Shown: piece by piece, positions 18,102 through 26,833 of the stretch
How the letters are laid out: the number at the start of each line of letters is the position of its first letter
Position numbering within the stretch: position 1 is the stretch's first letter
NCBI RefSeq assembly: GCF_019739195.1
Contig: NZ_JAHHDS010000003.1
Location: 2,467,705 to 2,531,704 of the forward strand
DNA from: Microcella sp.
Lineage (GTDB): Bacteria > Actinomycetota > Actinomycetes > Actinomycetales > Microbacteriaceae
DNA length: 64,000 bases
Reading direction: 5' to 3'
The notes under the pieces: generated by a model
What the model was told of the DNA's origin: nothing
Seen by the model: the letters and a program-made list of their open reading frames with translations, nothing else
The model's database searches: none
Program-made: the position numbers and the translations under genes

Positions 18102-18403
18102 CGTGGCGCCCTCTCGACGGTGGCCCACAGACCGTACTCGTGCATCGCCTCGGCGTGACGCTCCATGTGCTCGCGGTTGCCCTCGGCGAGAGTCGCGCGC
18201 CCCGCGGTGTGCACCTGCATCATGAGGTGCTCGGCGGTGCGAGCATCCACCCCGAAATGACGCCGGAACACCCAGGAGACGTAACTCATGAGATTGACCG
18301 GGTCGTTCCACACGACGATCTGCCACGGCACTTCGGCGGCGTGCACCGGCAGCTCGACGAGTTTCTCGTCGAGCTGAGGCGAAGCCGCGGCCGGGGGAGT
18401 CAC
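18098..18403 (-). CDS. clpS: ATP-dependent Clp protease adaptor ClpS
   Basis: Core motif VVWNDPVNLMSYVSWVFRRHFG...AEHLMMQVHTAGRA. I chose the GTG at 18403 because further upstream the frame runs into tRNA-His. Confidence 0.85.
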   Translation of the reverse strand: MTPPAAASPQLDEKLVELPVHAAEVPWQIVVWNDPVNLMSYVSWVFRRHFGVDARTAEHLMMQVHTAGRATLAEGNREHMERHAEAMHEYGLWATVERAPR

Positions 18404-18488
18404 ACGGCCAGTCTGCCGGTCGACGCTGAATCGCCGCGCAGAACAGGCCGACCGGCACCAGATACAGCGTCGTGGGATAAATACGAAT

Positions 18489-18565
18489 TGGGGTGAGTAA
18501 CGGGGCTTGAACCCGCGACCTCCTGGACCACAACCAGGCGCTCTGCCAGCTGAGCTATACCCACC
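18489..18565 (-). tRNA. tRNA-His (anticodon GTG), with encoded G-1 and 3' CCA
   Basis: The minus-strand sequence GGTGGGTATAGCTCAGCTGGCAGAGCGCCTGGTTGTGGTCCAGGAGGTCGCGGGTTCAAGCCCCGTTACTCACCCCA folds as a cloverleaf. Anticodon loop is TTGTGGT, G-1 pairs with C73, and the T loop is TTCAAGC. Confidence 0.9.
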
Positions 18566-18602
18566 ATGCAAGCCCTCTCGCGAGAGCCGACACGACAGTC
18601 TA

Positions 18603-19223
18603 TTACAGCCGAGACTCCCACTTGGCAATGACCTCTGATGCGATCAGCTGCGCGTCGTCAGAACTCGGCCCGGGTTCGCCCGTGAACCCCGCGCGGCGGT
18701 AGTACTCGAGCTCGCGAATCGACTCGAGAATGTCGGCGAGAGCCCGGTGCCCGCCGTTTTTGGGCGGCGCATTGAAGTAGACGCGCGGAAACCAGCGCCG
18801 CACGAGCTCTTTGATGCTCGACACGTCAACCGAGCGGTAGTGCAGGTGCGCGTCGACAGTCGGCATGTACTTCGTGATGAACGCGCGGTCGGTGCCGATC
18901 GTGTTGCCAGCGAGGGGCGCCTGCCCGGCTGTCGGCACGTGCTCCGCGATGTAGGCGAGCACCTGCTGCTCAGCATCCTTGAGCGGCACTCCCTCGGCGA
19001 GCTCAGCCAGCAGTCCGCTCGACTCGTGCATGGCCGTCACGAACTCGCCCATGTTCGCCAAGCCAGCCTCGGTGGGCGCGATGACAATCTGGAAACCCGG
19101 ATGCACGGGCTCGAGTTCGTAGTCGGTGATGACGACGGCGACCTCAATGAGGTCGTCGACCTCAACATCGAGACCGGTCATCTCGCAGTCGATCCAGACG
19201 AGACGATCGGTCGTTGAACTCAC
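18603..19223 (-). CDS. orn: Oligoribonuclease
   Basis: DEDDh exonuclease motifs are present (WIDCEMTGLD, GNTIGTDRAFI, HRALADILESIRE). TAGACT lies 6 nt upstream of the GTG start. Confidence 0.9.
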   Translation of the reverse strand: MSSTTDRLVWIDCEMTGLDVEVDDLIEVAVVITDYELEPVHPGFQIVIAPTEAGLANMGEFVTAMHESSGLLAELAEGVPLKDAEQQVLAYIAEHVPTAGQAPLAGNTIGTDRAFITKYMPTVDAHLHYRSVDVSSIKELVRRWFPRVYFNAPPKNGGHRALADILESIRELEYYRRAGFTGEPGPSSDDAQLIASEVIAKWESRL

Positions 19224-19292
19224 CGGTGCAGTCTATCCAGGCGCTCTGATCCCCTTTGTCGCGCGCTCAGGCGACCCGCGTAGCCTGGGGGT

Positions 19293-19556
19293 GTGCGCCT
19301 TGACCTCTACACCTCCGCCTTCTGCGACCCGTGTCATCGGGCGCGCGAGGTCGTCGCCGAAGCGCAACGGCTCGTGCCCGCCCTCGAGGTCACCGAGCGC
19401 GACGTCGCCGCGCATCAGGCCCGCGCCGCCGACTTGGGACTCACGAGCACTCCGACAACGATCATCTACAGCGCCGACGGTGCCGAGGTGCTGCGGGCGA
19501 GCGGAGTGCCCACTCTGCAGCGCCTGCTCACCGCCTTAGCGAGTACCGTCGACTGA
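19293..19556 (+). CDS. Thioredoxin-fold / glutaredoxin-like small protein (CxxC)
   Basis: 87 aa with an N-terminal LYTSAFCDPCHRA redox motif and a TPTTII cis-Pro-like strand. TAGCCT lies 6 nt before the GTG start. Confidence 0.7.
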   Translation: MRLDLYTSAFCDPCHRAREVVAEAQRLVPALEVTERDVAAHQARAADLGLTSTPTTIIYSADGAEVLRASGVPTLQRLLTALASTVD

Positions 19557-19565
19557 TCGCTCTCG

Positions 19566-21335
19566 TCAGCAGGTGCGCAGAGCCGCCACCCCGACCGTCA
19601 CGATTCCCGTGCCGCCGAGTAGGCGCACTTCGTTGGCCCCGAGCGCGTCGATCGCCGACAGCACGGCGGCCGGCACGCACGTCGCGGGCACGGTGAAGAG
19701 CGGACCAGGCTCACGAGTGGCGAGCACACCTCCGGCAAGAGCATCCGGAAACGAGAACGCGTTCGTGAGATAGACGTACTCGCTCGACGAGAAGGCGAGC
19801 GCGTTGACGGCGACCGCCGTGGCGATACGATCGGCACCCGCCAGCCGTGTGGTCGGTGCCGTGTTGTTGAGCGCCGACACCACGAAGTTCGAGACGACAC
19901 CTGGTCCGCCCGCCACGTAGATGGCGTTCACGCCCAGCGAGTTCAAGAAGACCATCGTGTCGATCGGAACGACTGGGGCGTCTCCGGGTACGAGCACCAC
20001 GGGTGCTCCGAAAGCTCCAGCCGCGGCGCCTGCTGCGAGCGCGTCGGGAAACCCGCGGCCGTCGGCCACGAAGGCGGTGGTCGCCGAGGGGAAGCCCTCG
20101 AGAGTGATCAAGCGTGACGTGGCGTACCGATCGGCGCCGCCGACGCGCTTGATCGAGGGTGCCAAGCCACTGAGAGCGGTGTAGACCGATGCCGACACTG
20201 AACCGGTGCCGCCGACCACGATGATCTCGTCGGGGTTGAGCCTATTGATCTCTGCGATGACTTCGGTCGGCAGGCTTGTCGGGTTCGTGAGCAGCAGAGG
20301 TCCGCCGAGAGCTGCGGCCACCGGTCCGGCACTCAGAGCGTCGGGGAAGTTCGTTCCGGATGCGACAAGCACGACCGGCACGCTCGAGACGGGATCGGGG
20401 AATGCTGCCGTCGAGATCGCAATCGCCGTGGTGTACCGGCTCGAGCCGGCAATGCGGGCGACCTGTGGGGAGCCGAGCAGCTGGTCGTTGATCCACGTGG
20501 TGAAAGCCGAGACCTCGGTGTACACGCCTGGGTAGGGCGAGTCGGCGCAGTCGTATCCCCAGCTCGTGATGCCGGCGAGGTACCAGGTGCCGCCCGATTG
20601 CACGGCGAGCGGCCCGCCGCTGTCGCCCTGGCAGGTGTCGGTCGTAAAGCCGGGGCCGACGGCACAGAGCATCGTCGACGCAGTGAACTCTTCGGCGGCG
20701 TACGCGGTATCGCACGATGCGTCTGACACCGTGTTGACGGTGGCTTGCCTCAGCTGGGTCGGAAAGTCTGAACCGGTCGTCGAGGTGTTGCCCCAGCCGG
20801 TGACGCGCGCCGCGACGCCGTCACCGACCACTGACTGCTGCAGCGGGATCGCTTGCTGCACGCCCGGCGTCAGAGCGATCGGTTCGGCCAGACGCAGCAC
20901 GGCGACGTCGGACTCATAGGTCGATTCATCGAACCCGGGGTGCACGGTGATCGACTGCACTGACACTCCGGTGCGTGCCGAGGTGCTGAGAGTCGCCCTG
21001 CCCGTCATGACCCGAATGTCAGACGGCGCGAGCACCGAGCCTTCAAAGACCACGCAGTGCGCGGCCGTCACGATTTCCCACGACGACACGATCGAGCCGC
21101 CGCAGTACTGCCCCAGGTAGTCATTCGACGCGTCCGAGAAGACGAGGCCGACCTGCCAAGGCGCTTGATCGATAGAGATGGCGGTGCCGCCGATGATCGA
21201 CGGGTCGAAAACATCGTCGGTGCTGGCAGCGGTGGCGGCAGGCGCGACGGCGAGCGAGGCAACGACGGCCACGGTGGCGACGAACGTCACTGCAGGGCGC
21301 GACCAACGGCTCGGGCGAGGGGGTGCAACGGGCAC
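19566..21335 (-). CDS. Secreted trypsin-like (S1) serine protease fused to three cell-wall-binding type 2 (CWB2) repeats
   Basis: IIGG mature N-terminus, with triad residues TAAHC, DVAVLRL and GDSGGPL. Three repeats of the R.AG.DRY.T...FPDAL type follow. I prefer the GTG start at 21335, which gives a signal peptide; the alternative at 21416 lies in lower-GC, probably untranslated sequence. Confidence 0.85.
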   Translation of the reverse strand: MPVAPPRPSRWSRPAVTFVATVAVVASLAVAPAATAASTDDVFDPSIIGGTAISIDQAPWQVGLVFSDASNDYLGQYCGGSIVSSWEIVTAAHCVVFEGSVLAPSDIRVMTGRATLSTSARTGVSVQSITVHPGFDESTYESDVAVLRLAEPIALTPGVQQAIPLQQSVVGDGVAARVTGWGNTSTTGSDFPTQLRQATVNTVSDASCDTAYAAEEFTASTMLCAVGPGFTTDTCQGDSGGPLAVQSGGTWYLAGITSWGYDCADSPYPGVYTEVSAFTTWINDQLLGSPQVARIAGSSRYTTAIAISTAAFPDPVSSVPVVLVASGTNFPDALSAGPVAAALGGPLLLTNPTSLPTEVIAEINRLNPDEIIVVGGTGSVSASVYTALSGLAPSIKRVGGADRYATSRLITLEGFPSATTAFVADGRGFPDALAAGAAAGAFGAPVVLVPGDAPVVPIDTMVFLNSLGVNAIYVAGGPGVVSNFVVSALNNTAPTTRLAGADRIATAVAVNALAFSSSEYVYLTNAFSFPDALAGGVLATREPGPLFTVPATCVPAAVLSAIDALGANEVRLLGGTGIVTVGVAALRTC

Positions 21336-21501
21336 AGTGGCACAACTTTCTGTCGAGAGGAATGTGCAGAAGCGCAAGAAGATGAGATCTGCTTGCTCAC
21401 CGTAACCTCTGAGCACCCCTCACCGATAGGGGGAGGTCGAGACCCGTTCGGGGGGAGGCGCGGGGCGCTGCCGTTGCCCCCCTCCGATACCCTTGAGGCA
21501 T

Positions 21502-21574
21502 CCCTCCGTAGCTCAGTGGATAGAGCAAGAGCCTTCTAATCTCTTGGTCGCAGGTTCGATTCCTGCCGGGGGGG
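21502..21574 (+). tRNA. tRNA-Arg (anticodon TCT), no encoded CCA
   Basis: CCCTCCG-TA-GCTCAGTGGATAGAGC-A-AGAGC-CTTCTAA-TCTCT-TGGTC-GCAGGTTCGATTCCTGC-CGGGGGG-G folds as a 73-nt cloverleaf. The 7-bp acceptor stem includes one G-U pair, and the D and T arms are canonical. Confidence 0.85.
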
Positions 21575-21588
21575 CGTACTCTCCAGCC

Positions 21589-22581
21589 ATGAGGCGGTTT
21601 CGACGCATCATGCTGATCGCTCTGGCAAGCGGCGTGCTCGCCTTCCTCATCGTGCCGTTCCTGATTCCGTTCGAGTCCAGTGGCACGCTCACCGCGACCG
21701 AGGCAGCGGGCGACGATGCGCGGTTTCTGGCCGCGAGTGGGCTCCAGGTGCACGTGGAGACCGCCAACTACACCGGGGGTGATGCTCAACCCCCGCTCAT
21801 CGTCCTGATGCACGGTTTCGGTGCGAGCACCTTCTCGTGGCGTGAAGTGATCGAGCCGCTGGCCGAGGCGGGTGACGTCATCGCCTACGACCGCCCCGCT
21901 TTCGGATTCACCGAGAGGCCGACCGAGTGGTCAGGGGAGAACCCCTACGGCACGCCCGGCAACCTGGCGCTGCTGGACGCCCTGCTCACCGACCTCGCCC
22001 CCGATCGCGACGTCATACTGGTGGGCCACTCTGCCGGGGGTCTCCTCGCCGCTGAGTATGCGCGACTCAACCCCGAGATCATCGATCAGCTCGTGCTCGT
22101 CGCTCCCGCCGTCTATTCGACCGGCGGGGTGCCCGCCTGGCTCGCCCCTATGCTCGGCCTGCCGCAGATCGAGCGACTGGGCCCGATGCTGGTGCAGGGC
22201 ATCGCGACATCAGGTGAGCAACTGCTCGTGCAGAGCTTCGTCGACCAGTCGCTGCTGACCGACGAGGTGCGACAGGGCTATCGCGCACCGCTGACGGTCA
22301 TCGGTTGGGAGCAAGCTTTCTGGCGCTTCACGACAGCGCCGCGCGACAACGACCTTCTCGCTCAGGTGGCGTCGATCTCGCAGCCGACCCTGCTCATCAC
22401 GGGCGATGCTGACACAGTCGTGCCGACCGACGATACCGAGCGCCTCGCGACCGAGTTGGGGGGTGCGATCAACCGGCCAGAGCTCGTCGTCATCGACGAA
22501 GCGGGTCACCTTCCGCACGAAGAAAGGCCCGAGCAGTTCGTCGCGGCTCTGCTCGACTGGCTCGAGCGAACCGGTCGCTGA
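21589..22581 (+). CDS. Alpha/beta-fold hydrolase with an N-terminal membrane anchor
   Basis: HGFGAS oxyanion motif, nucleophile elbow GHSAGG, and a C-terminal GHLPHEE histidine. I trimmed the tracked ORF to the ATG at 21589 because its 5' part overlaps tRNA-Arg. Confidence 0.85.
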   Translation: MRRFRRIMLIALASGVLAFLIVPFLIPFESSGTLTATEAAGDDARFLAASGLQVHVETANYTGGDAQPPLIVLMHGFGASTFSWREVIEPLAEAGDVIAYDRPAFGFTERPTEWSGENPYGTPGNLALLDALLTDLAPDRDVILVGHSAGGLLAAEYARLNPEIIDQLVLVAPAVYSTGGVPAWLAPMLGLPQIERLGPMLVQGIATSGEQLLVQSFVDQSLLTDEVRQGYRAPLTVIGWEQAFWRFTTAPRDNDLLAQVASISQPTLLITGDADTVVPTDDTERLATELGGAINRPELVVIDEAGHLPHEERPEQFVAALLDWLERTGR

Positions 22582-22606
22582 GCACGTCCGACGCTACCCT
22601 CGCACC

Positions 22607-23659
22607 ATGACCACCCACGAGCAGCGCTTTGATCGGGTGTGCGAGAAGCTCAGCCGCGACCAGCGGGTGAGCGAGCTGCAGCTGCGAGTCGGCGATCGCG
22701 CGGGCACGATCGACTACAGCTGGGCGGCGCCCGGTTCACGGGCGACGCACGCGATCGCGAGCAGCACCAAGACCTTCGCCGCCGTGCTCGTGCTGCGCAA
22801 GGTCGCCGCAGGCGACCTGACGCTCGAGCAGCCGCTCGTGAGCATCCTGCCCCGCGATGATCTGGTCGGGCTCAACCGCTTCGGCGACGTCGATCACGCC
22901 GATGAGATCACCGTGCGCGACGTGCTCGCGCACACCTCGGGCATTCCGAACTACTACGCGACGAAGGCGCTCGAGCCGCAGAGCGATATCGCGGCGCTGA
23001 CGGAGACCGACCCCGGGTGGAGCTACGCCGACACCCTCGAGGTCGCTCGCGGCATGACCGCCGCCTTCGCCCCGCACTCGGGCCGCGCCGAGTACAGCTT
23101 CACGAACTATCAGCTCGTCGGGCGCCTCATCGAGACCCTGTACGGATGCTCGCTCGCCGACGCCCTCGAGCGCGAGCTGTTCGTGCCGCTCGGGCTGCGT
23201 GACACGGCGCTGATGACGCGCGAATCGACCGAGTACTTCGACGCCGCATCGCCGCTGCTCTACGGCACGCAGTCATACCGCGGCGCTCGCCGCTTGGGCT
23301 CATTGGGCGCGGAGGGCGCTCTCGTCTCCAGCACGGCTGACACGATGCGATTCTTGCGAGCGGTCTTCGAGGGTGAGGCGCTCGATCCGGCCACGCTCGA
23401 TCGTGCGCTGAGCGACCGCCTGCCGCTGTTTCCGCGGGTGACCTATGGCGTCGGCATCATGGCGCTGAGCCTGCCGCGTCTGCTGACCCGGCTGCCGAAG
23501 CCCGGGCTGCTCTACGGCCACGCCGGCATGACCGGGCACGTGATGTTCGCCGACCCGGTGAGCGGGCTCTACGCCGTCTGCACGATCAATCAGCTCGCCG
23601 AGCCGCGGCTGTCGTTCCGGCTGCTGCTCGGGGCACTGCGCGCCTCGCGCGGTCGATAG
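22607..23659 (+). CDS. Serine hydrolase, beta-lactamase (class C/PBP4*-like) family
   Basis: SxxK motif ASSTKTF near the N-terminus. Length is about 350 aa and the overall family resemblance is good. I trimmed the start to the ATG at 22607. Confidence 0.8.
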   Translation: MTTHEQRFDRVCEKLSRDQRVSELQLRVGDRAGTIDYSWAAPGSRATHAIASSTKTFAAVLVLRKVAAGDLTLEQPLVSILPRDDLVGLNRFGDVDHADEITVRDVLAHTSGIPNYYATKALEPQSDIAALTETDPGWSYADTLEVARGMTAAFAPHSGRAEYSFTNYQLVGRLIETLYGCSLADALERELFVPLGLRDTALMTRESTEYFDAASPLLYGTQSYRGARRLGSLGAEGALVSSTADTMRFLRAVFEGEALDPATLDRALSDRLPLFPRVTYGVGIMALSLPRLLTRLPKPGLLYGHAGMTGHVMFADPVSGLYAVCTINQLAEPRLSFRLLLGALRASRGR

Positions 23660-23671
23660 ACCGACCCGCCG

Positions 23672-25123
23672 TCAGCGCGGCGCGTCGGGCACAGCGAACC
23701 GCCGGGCGAATTCGGTGGTGAGCAGATGCCGCTGCACTTTGCCCATGCGGTTGCGCGGCACTTCGGCGACGCGGCCGAAGACGGTCGGAAACCTACCGGG
23801 AAGCACCTTTCGCAAGTGCGCATCGAGGGCGCGCAGGTCGCAGTGCGGCTCAGCAACCACCGCGAGACCGATCTCGACGATGCCCGGTCGTCGCTCGATC
23901 GGGTAGGCGGCCGCATCGCGCACGCCGACGAACTCGCGGGCGATCTCGTCGATGCGCTCAGGGTCGACCTTGGTGCCGCCGAGGTTGAGCACCTCGCTCT
24001 TTCGACCGCCGAGCTCGAGCTGGCCGTCGCGCAGCGTGCCGGTGTCGCCCGGGTAGAACCAGCCCCCGTGCACGTCGCCCTCGACGAGCTCACCGTGCTC
24101 GAGATACCCCGCCGCGAGTCCGCGTCCGCGATAGCGCACGAACCCGTCGACGCCGGCCGCGACCGGCTTGTCGGCGTCGTCGACGATCTGTAGCTCGACC
24201 CCCGGCAGCGGCGCGCCGACTGCGGCCGCGTCGTCACCGCTCGCGAGCATCCGCATCGCCGCGCCACCGCCCTCCGTGGACCCGTAGACGCCGCGCACCG
24301 GCACGCCCAGTTGCTGCTCGATCGCCCGCAGCAGCGAGTCGCTCGCGGCCGCACCCGCCACACGCACTTCGTCGAGCGTGGGCAGGGCGATGTCGTGCTC
24401 GGCGAGCACGCGCAGCGCCGTGCCAAGGTGGACGGGCGACCCGCACAGCACGCGCACTCCGTGCTCGGCCGCGAGTCGCAGCGACGCCGCGTTGATGTGA
24501 TCGACCGCCAGGTAGGGCACACCGTGCTGAAGGGCCGCGAGCGCAGAGTGGAAGCCGCCTGTCGTCGAGAGCGACATCAGCTCGAGCTCGCGCCGTTCGT
24601 CACTCCAGTAGTGGTGCAGGTGCGCGAGGCGATGCTCTACCGCCTGCACCGTGAGCGCGGCAGCGCGCGGTGCTCCGGTAGTGCCACTCGTGAGAATGAG
24701 GCGGCAGATCGAGTCGGGCCGGGCATACGCGAACATCGGGGCCTCGGATGCTCGCTCAAGGCCGCCCGCCACCCAGAACTCGTCGACCTCGACCACGAGG
24801 CTGCTCGGCACGAGTCGGGCTCCTGGCCGCGTCACGAGCACGTCGACCGCGGTGCTCGGTGCGGTGGTCATGCCGTTGAGCGACAGTCCGCGTGACGCCA
24901 GCCGCAGCAGAGCAAGGCCCACGAGCCAGTCGAGAGCGGCGGGAAGGTCAGTCGCGACCACGTTGCGCGGTCGAACTCCTGCTTCGTGAAGTCGCGCGGC
25001 GATGCCCGCGACCGCCGCGTCGAGCTCGGCGAAGGTCCAGGCGCGGTCGATGCTCACGAGCGCGAGCTCGCCGGGCCTTTCGGCGGCGTGCCGCGCGGGC
25101 AGCGAGACGATCGACGTGACCAC
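23672..25123 (-). CDS. AMP-dependent synthetase/ligase (adenylate-forming enzyme)
   Basis: Core motifs LILTSGTTGAPRAA, YGSTEGGG, YPGDTG, GRKSEVLNLGGTKVDPERIDE and PRNRMGKVQR are present. A GAGGAGG SD precedes the GTG start. Confidence 0.85.
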   Translation of the reverse strand: MVTSIVSLPARHAAERPGELALVSIDRAWTFAELDAAVAGIAARLHEAGVRPRNVVATDLPAALDWLVGLALLRLASRGLSLNGMTTAPSTAVDVLVTRPGARLVPSSLVVEVDEFWVAGGLERASEAPMFAYARPDSICRLILTSGTTGAPRAAALTVQAVEHRLAHLHHYWSDERRELELMSLSTTGGFHSALAALQHGVPYLAVDHINAASLRLAAEHGVRVLCGSPVHLGTALRVLAEHDIALPTLDEVRVAGAAASDSLLRAIEQQLGVPVRGVYGSTEGGGAAMRMLASGDDAAAVGAPLPGVELQIVDDADKPVAAGVDGFVRYRGRGLAAGYLEHGELVEGDVHGGWFYPGDTGTLRDGQLELGGRKSEVLNLGGTKVDPERIDEIAREFVGVRDAAAYPIERRPGIVEIGLAVVAEPHCDLRALDAHLRKVLPGRFPTVFGRVAEVPRNRMGKVQRHLLTTEFARRFAVPDAPR

Positions 25124-25241
25124 AGGTTCCTCCTCGAAAGTCCTTCATGCAGAAGCATCCTCACTGTAGGCTCTGTCTCGACCTCGCGTCGCGCTATGCG
25201 CGTCCGCGCGTGCACGACATCCCACCCCGAGGAGTCTCCCG

Positions 25242-26765
25242 ATGGCCGCCATTGACGCTGAGCAGTTGACCGGTAGTGCGTTCCGAGTCCGCCGCATGCG
25301 GCGCGCCGGTTCGTTCGTCGCCCTGGGCGGCCTGCTCGCGAGCGGCGGCGCTCTCGCCGCCGCACCCGTCTATGCGGCCGAGCCCTCTGACTGCGTCGAC
25401 GACGGCACGGCGAACGACAATACGCTCACGGCGCCCGCCGACGACAACGCCGACATTCAGGCACTTCTCGACGATGGCGCGCCGCTCATCTGCCTCAACG
25501 GCACGTTCGACATCTCGTCGACGCTCTTGGTCGACCAAGAGGTCACGTTCGCCTCGTTCACCGGTGCCGTTCTCGACGGCGGTGGCGTCACGCAGATCGT
25601 CAACTCCGATTCCAGCGAGAACGTGATCTTCGAGGGAATGACGCTCCAGAACGGTTCTGCCTTCGATGGCGGTGCCGTGAGCGCCTACGCCGTGGTCGCG
25701 ATCAATTCGGTGTTCCGCGACAACGTGGCCGACATCGGCGGCGCGGTCTCTGCCTACGGCCTGGCGACGATCGACTCATGGTTCGTCGGCAATGAAGCAG
25801 AGACCGACTTCGGTGGTGCCGTCTTGGCCGAGGTCGTTTTCGGCGAAGGCAGCACCTTCGACAGTAATATCTCCGCCGGCTCTGGCGGAGCGATCTTGGC
25901 GTACGAGGTCGTTCAGCTCGAGACGTCGACCTTCCTCGACAACGAGGCCGATGATCTGGGCGGCGCGATTCAGGCCTACGACTACGTCGACATCACGAAC
26001 TCGACCTTCGTCGGCAACACCGCGGGTGTGATCGGCGGTGCGATCGAGGCGCCCGAAGGCCGAGTGACCTTCAGCACCTTCGTGAACAACGAGGCCTTCG
26101 GAGACGAGGGCCCCGGCGAGGAAACCGGAGACTCGATCGCGAGTGAGTTCGGTATGGAGGTTCGCGGCAACATCTTCGCTTCGACGACTTCTACCAATCA
26201 CCTCTACACCGGCGATGCCTTCGTCGACCTCGCGGGCAACCTGTTCACGACTACAGAAGCGCAAGAGATCGACAACCTGCCCGACCCCGATGAGAGCACC
26301 CTCTTCGGCCTGACGATGGCGCAGATCTTCGGCTCGAGCACCCCGAGCGCGGCCGACAACGGCGGGCCGAGCGAGACGGTCGCACTCGTCTCGGGCAGCC
26401 CGGCCATCGATGCCGTTCCGCCGCTCGAGCCGAGCCCCTCACCCTCCGTGACGTTCTTGAGCGAGCCGACCGACAGCGACCCCGCGGACGATCGCTGGAG
26501 CGACATCGACACCTCGTCGGCCGAGATTCCCGTGCTCGAGCCGGCCGACCTTGAGGTCGAGACCGATCAGCGCGGCGAAGAGCGGCAGGGCCGCTCTGAT
26601 GCGGGAGCGTTCGAATTCGGCGAGGCCGAGGTTGGCAGTGAACTCGCCGCCACTGGTGCCGACACTGCCGCGTCAAGCCTGCTCGGCGGCCTCGCAGCGC
26701 TGATGCTGGGCATCGGTGCTTCCTTCGCCATCGGAACGCGGCGACTCTCGCGCACCGACGGCTGA
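25242..26765 (+). CDS. Cell-wall-anchored surface protein with Pmp-type (FxxN / GGA[ILV]) beta-helix repeats and an LAxTG sorting signal
   Basis: Signal peptide, then 6-7 repeats such as FRDNVADIGGAVSA, FVGNEAETDFGGAVLA, FDSNISAGSGGAILA, FLDNEADDLGGAIQA and FVGNTAGVIGGAIEA. The C-terminus has LAATG, a hydrophobic helix and an RRLSR tail. Confidence 0.8.
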   Translation: MAAIDAEQLTGSAFRVRRMRRAGSFVALGGLLASGGALAAAPVYAAEPSDCVDDGTANDNTLTAPADDNADIQALLDDGAPLICLNGTFDISSTLLVDQEVTFASFTGAVLDGGGVTQIVNSDSSENVIFEGMTLQNGSAFDGGAVSAYAVVAINSVFRDNVADIGGAVSAYGLATIDSWFVGNEAETDFGGAVLAEVVFGEGSTFDSNISAGSGGAILAYEVVQLETSTFLDNEADDLGGAIQAYDYVDITNSTFVGNTAGVIGGAIEAPEGRVTFSTFVNNEAFGDEGPGEETGDSIASEFGMEVRGNIFASTTSTNHLYTGDAFVDLAGNLFTTTEAQEIDNLPDPDESTLFGLTMAQIFGSSTPSAADNGGPSETVALVSGSPAIDAVPPLEPSPSPSVTFLSEPTDSDPADDRWSDIDTSSAEIPVLEPADLEVETDQRGEERQGRSDAGAFEFGEAEVGSELAATGADTAASSLLGGLAALMLGIGASFAIGTRRLSRTDG

Positions 26766-26833
26766 GGTCGTACGCCCCCGAACGACCCCGCGATAGACTC
26801 GCACGCACAACCATCCTCACAAAGGAGTGCGGC

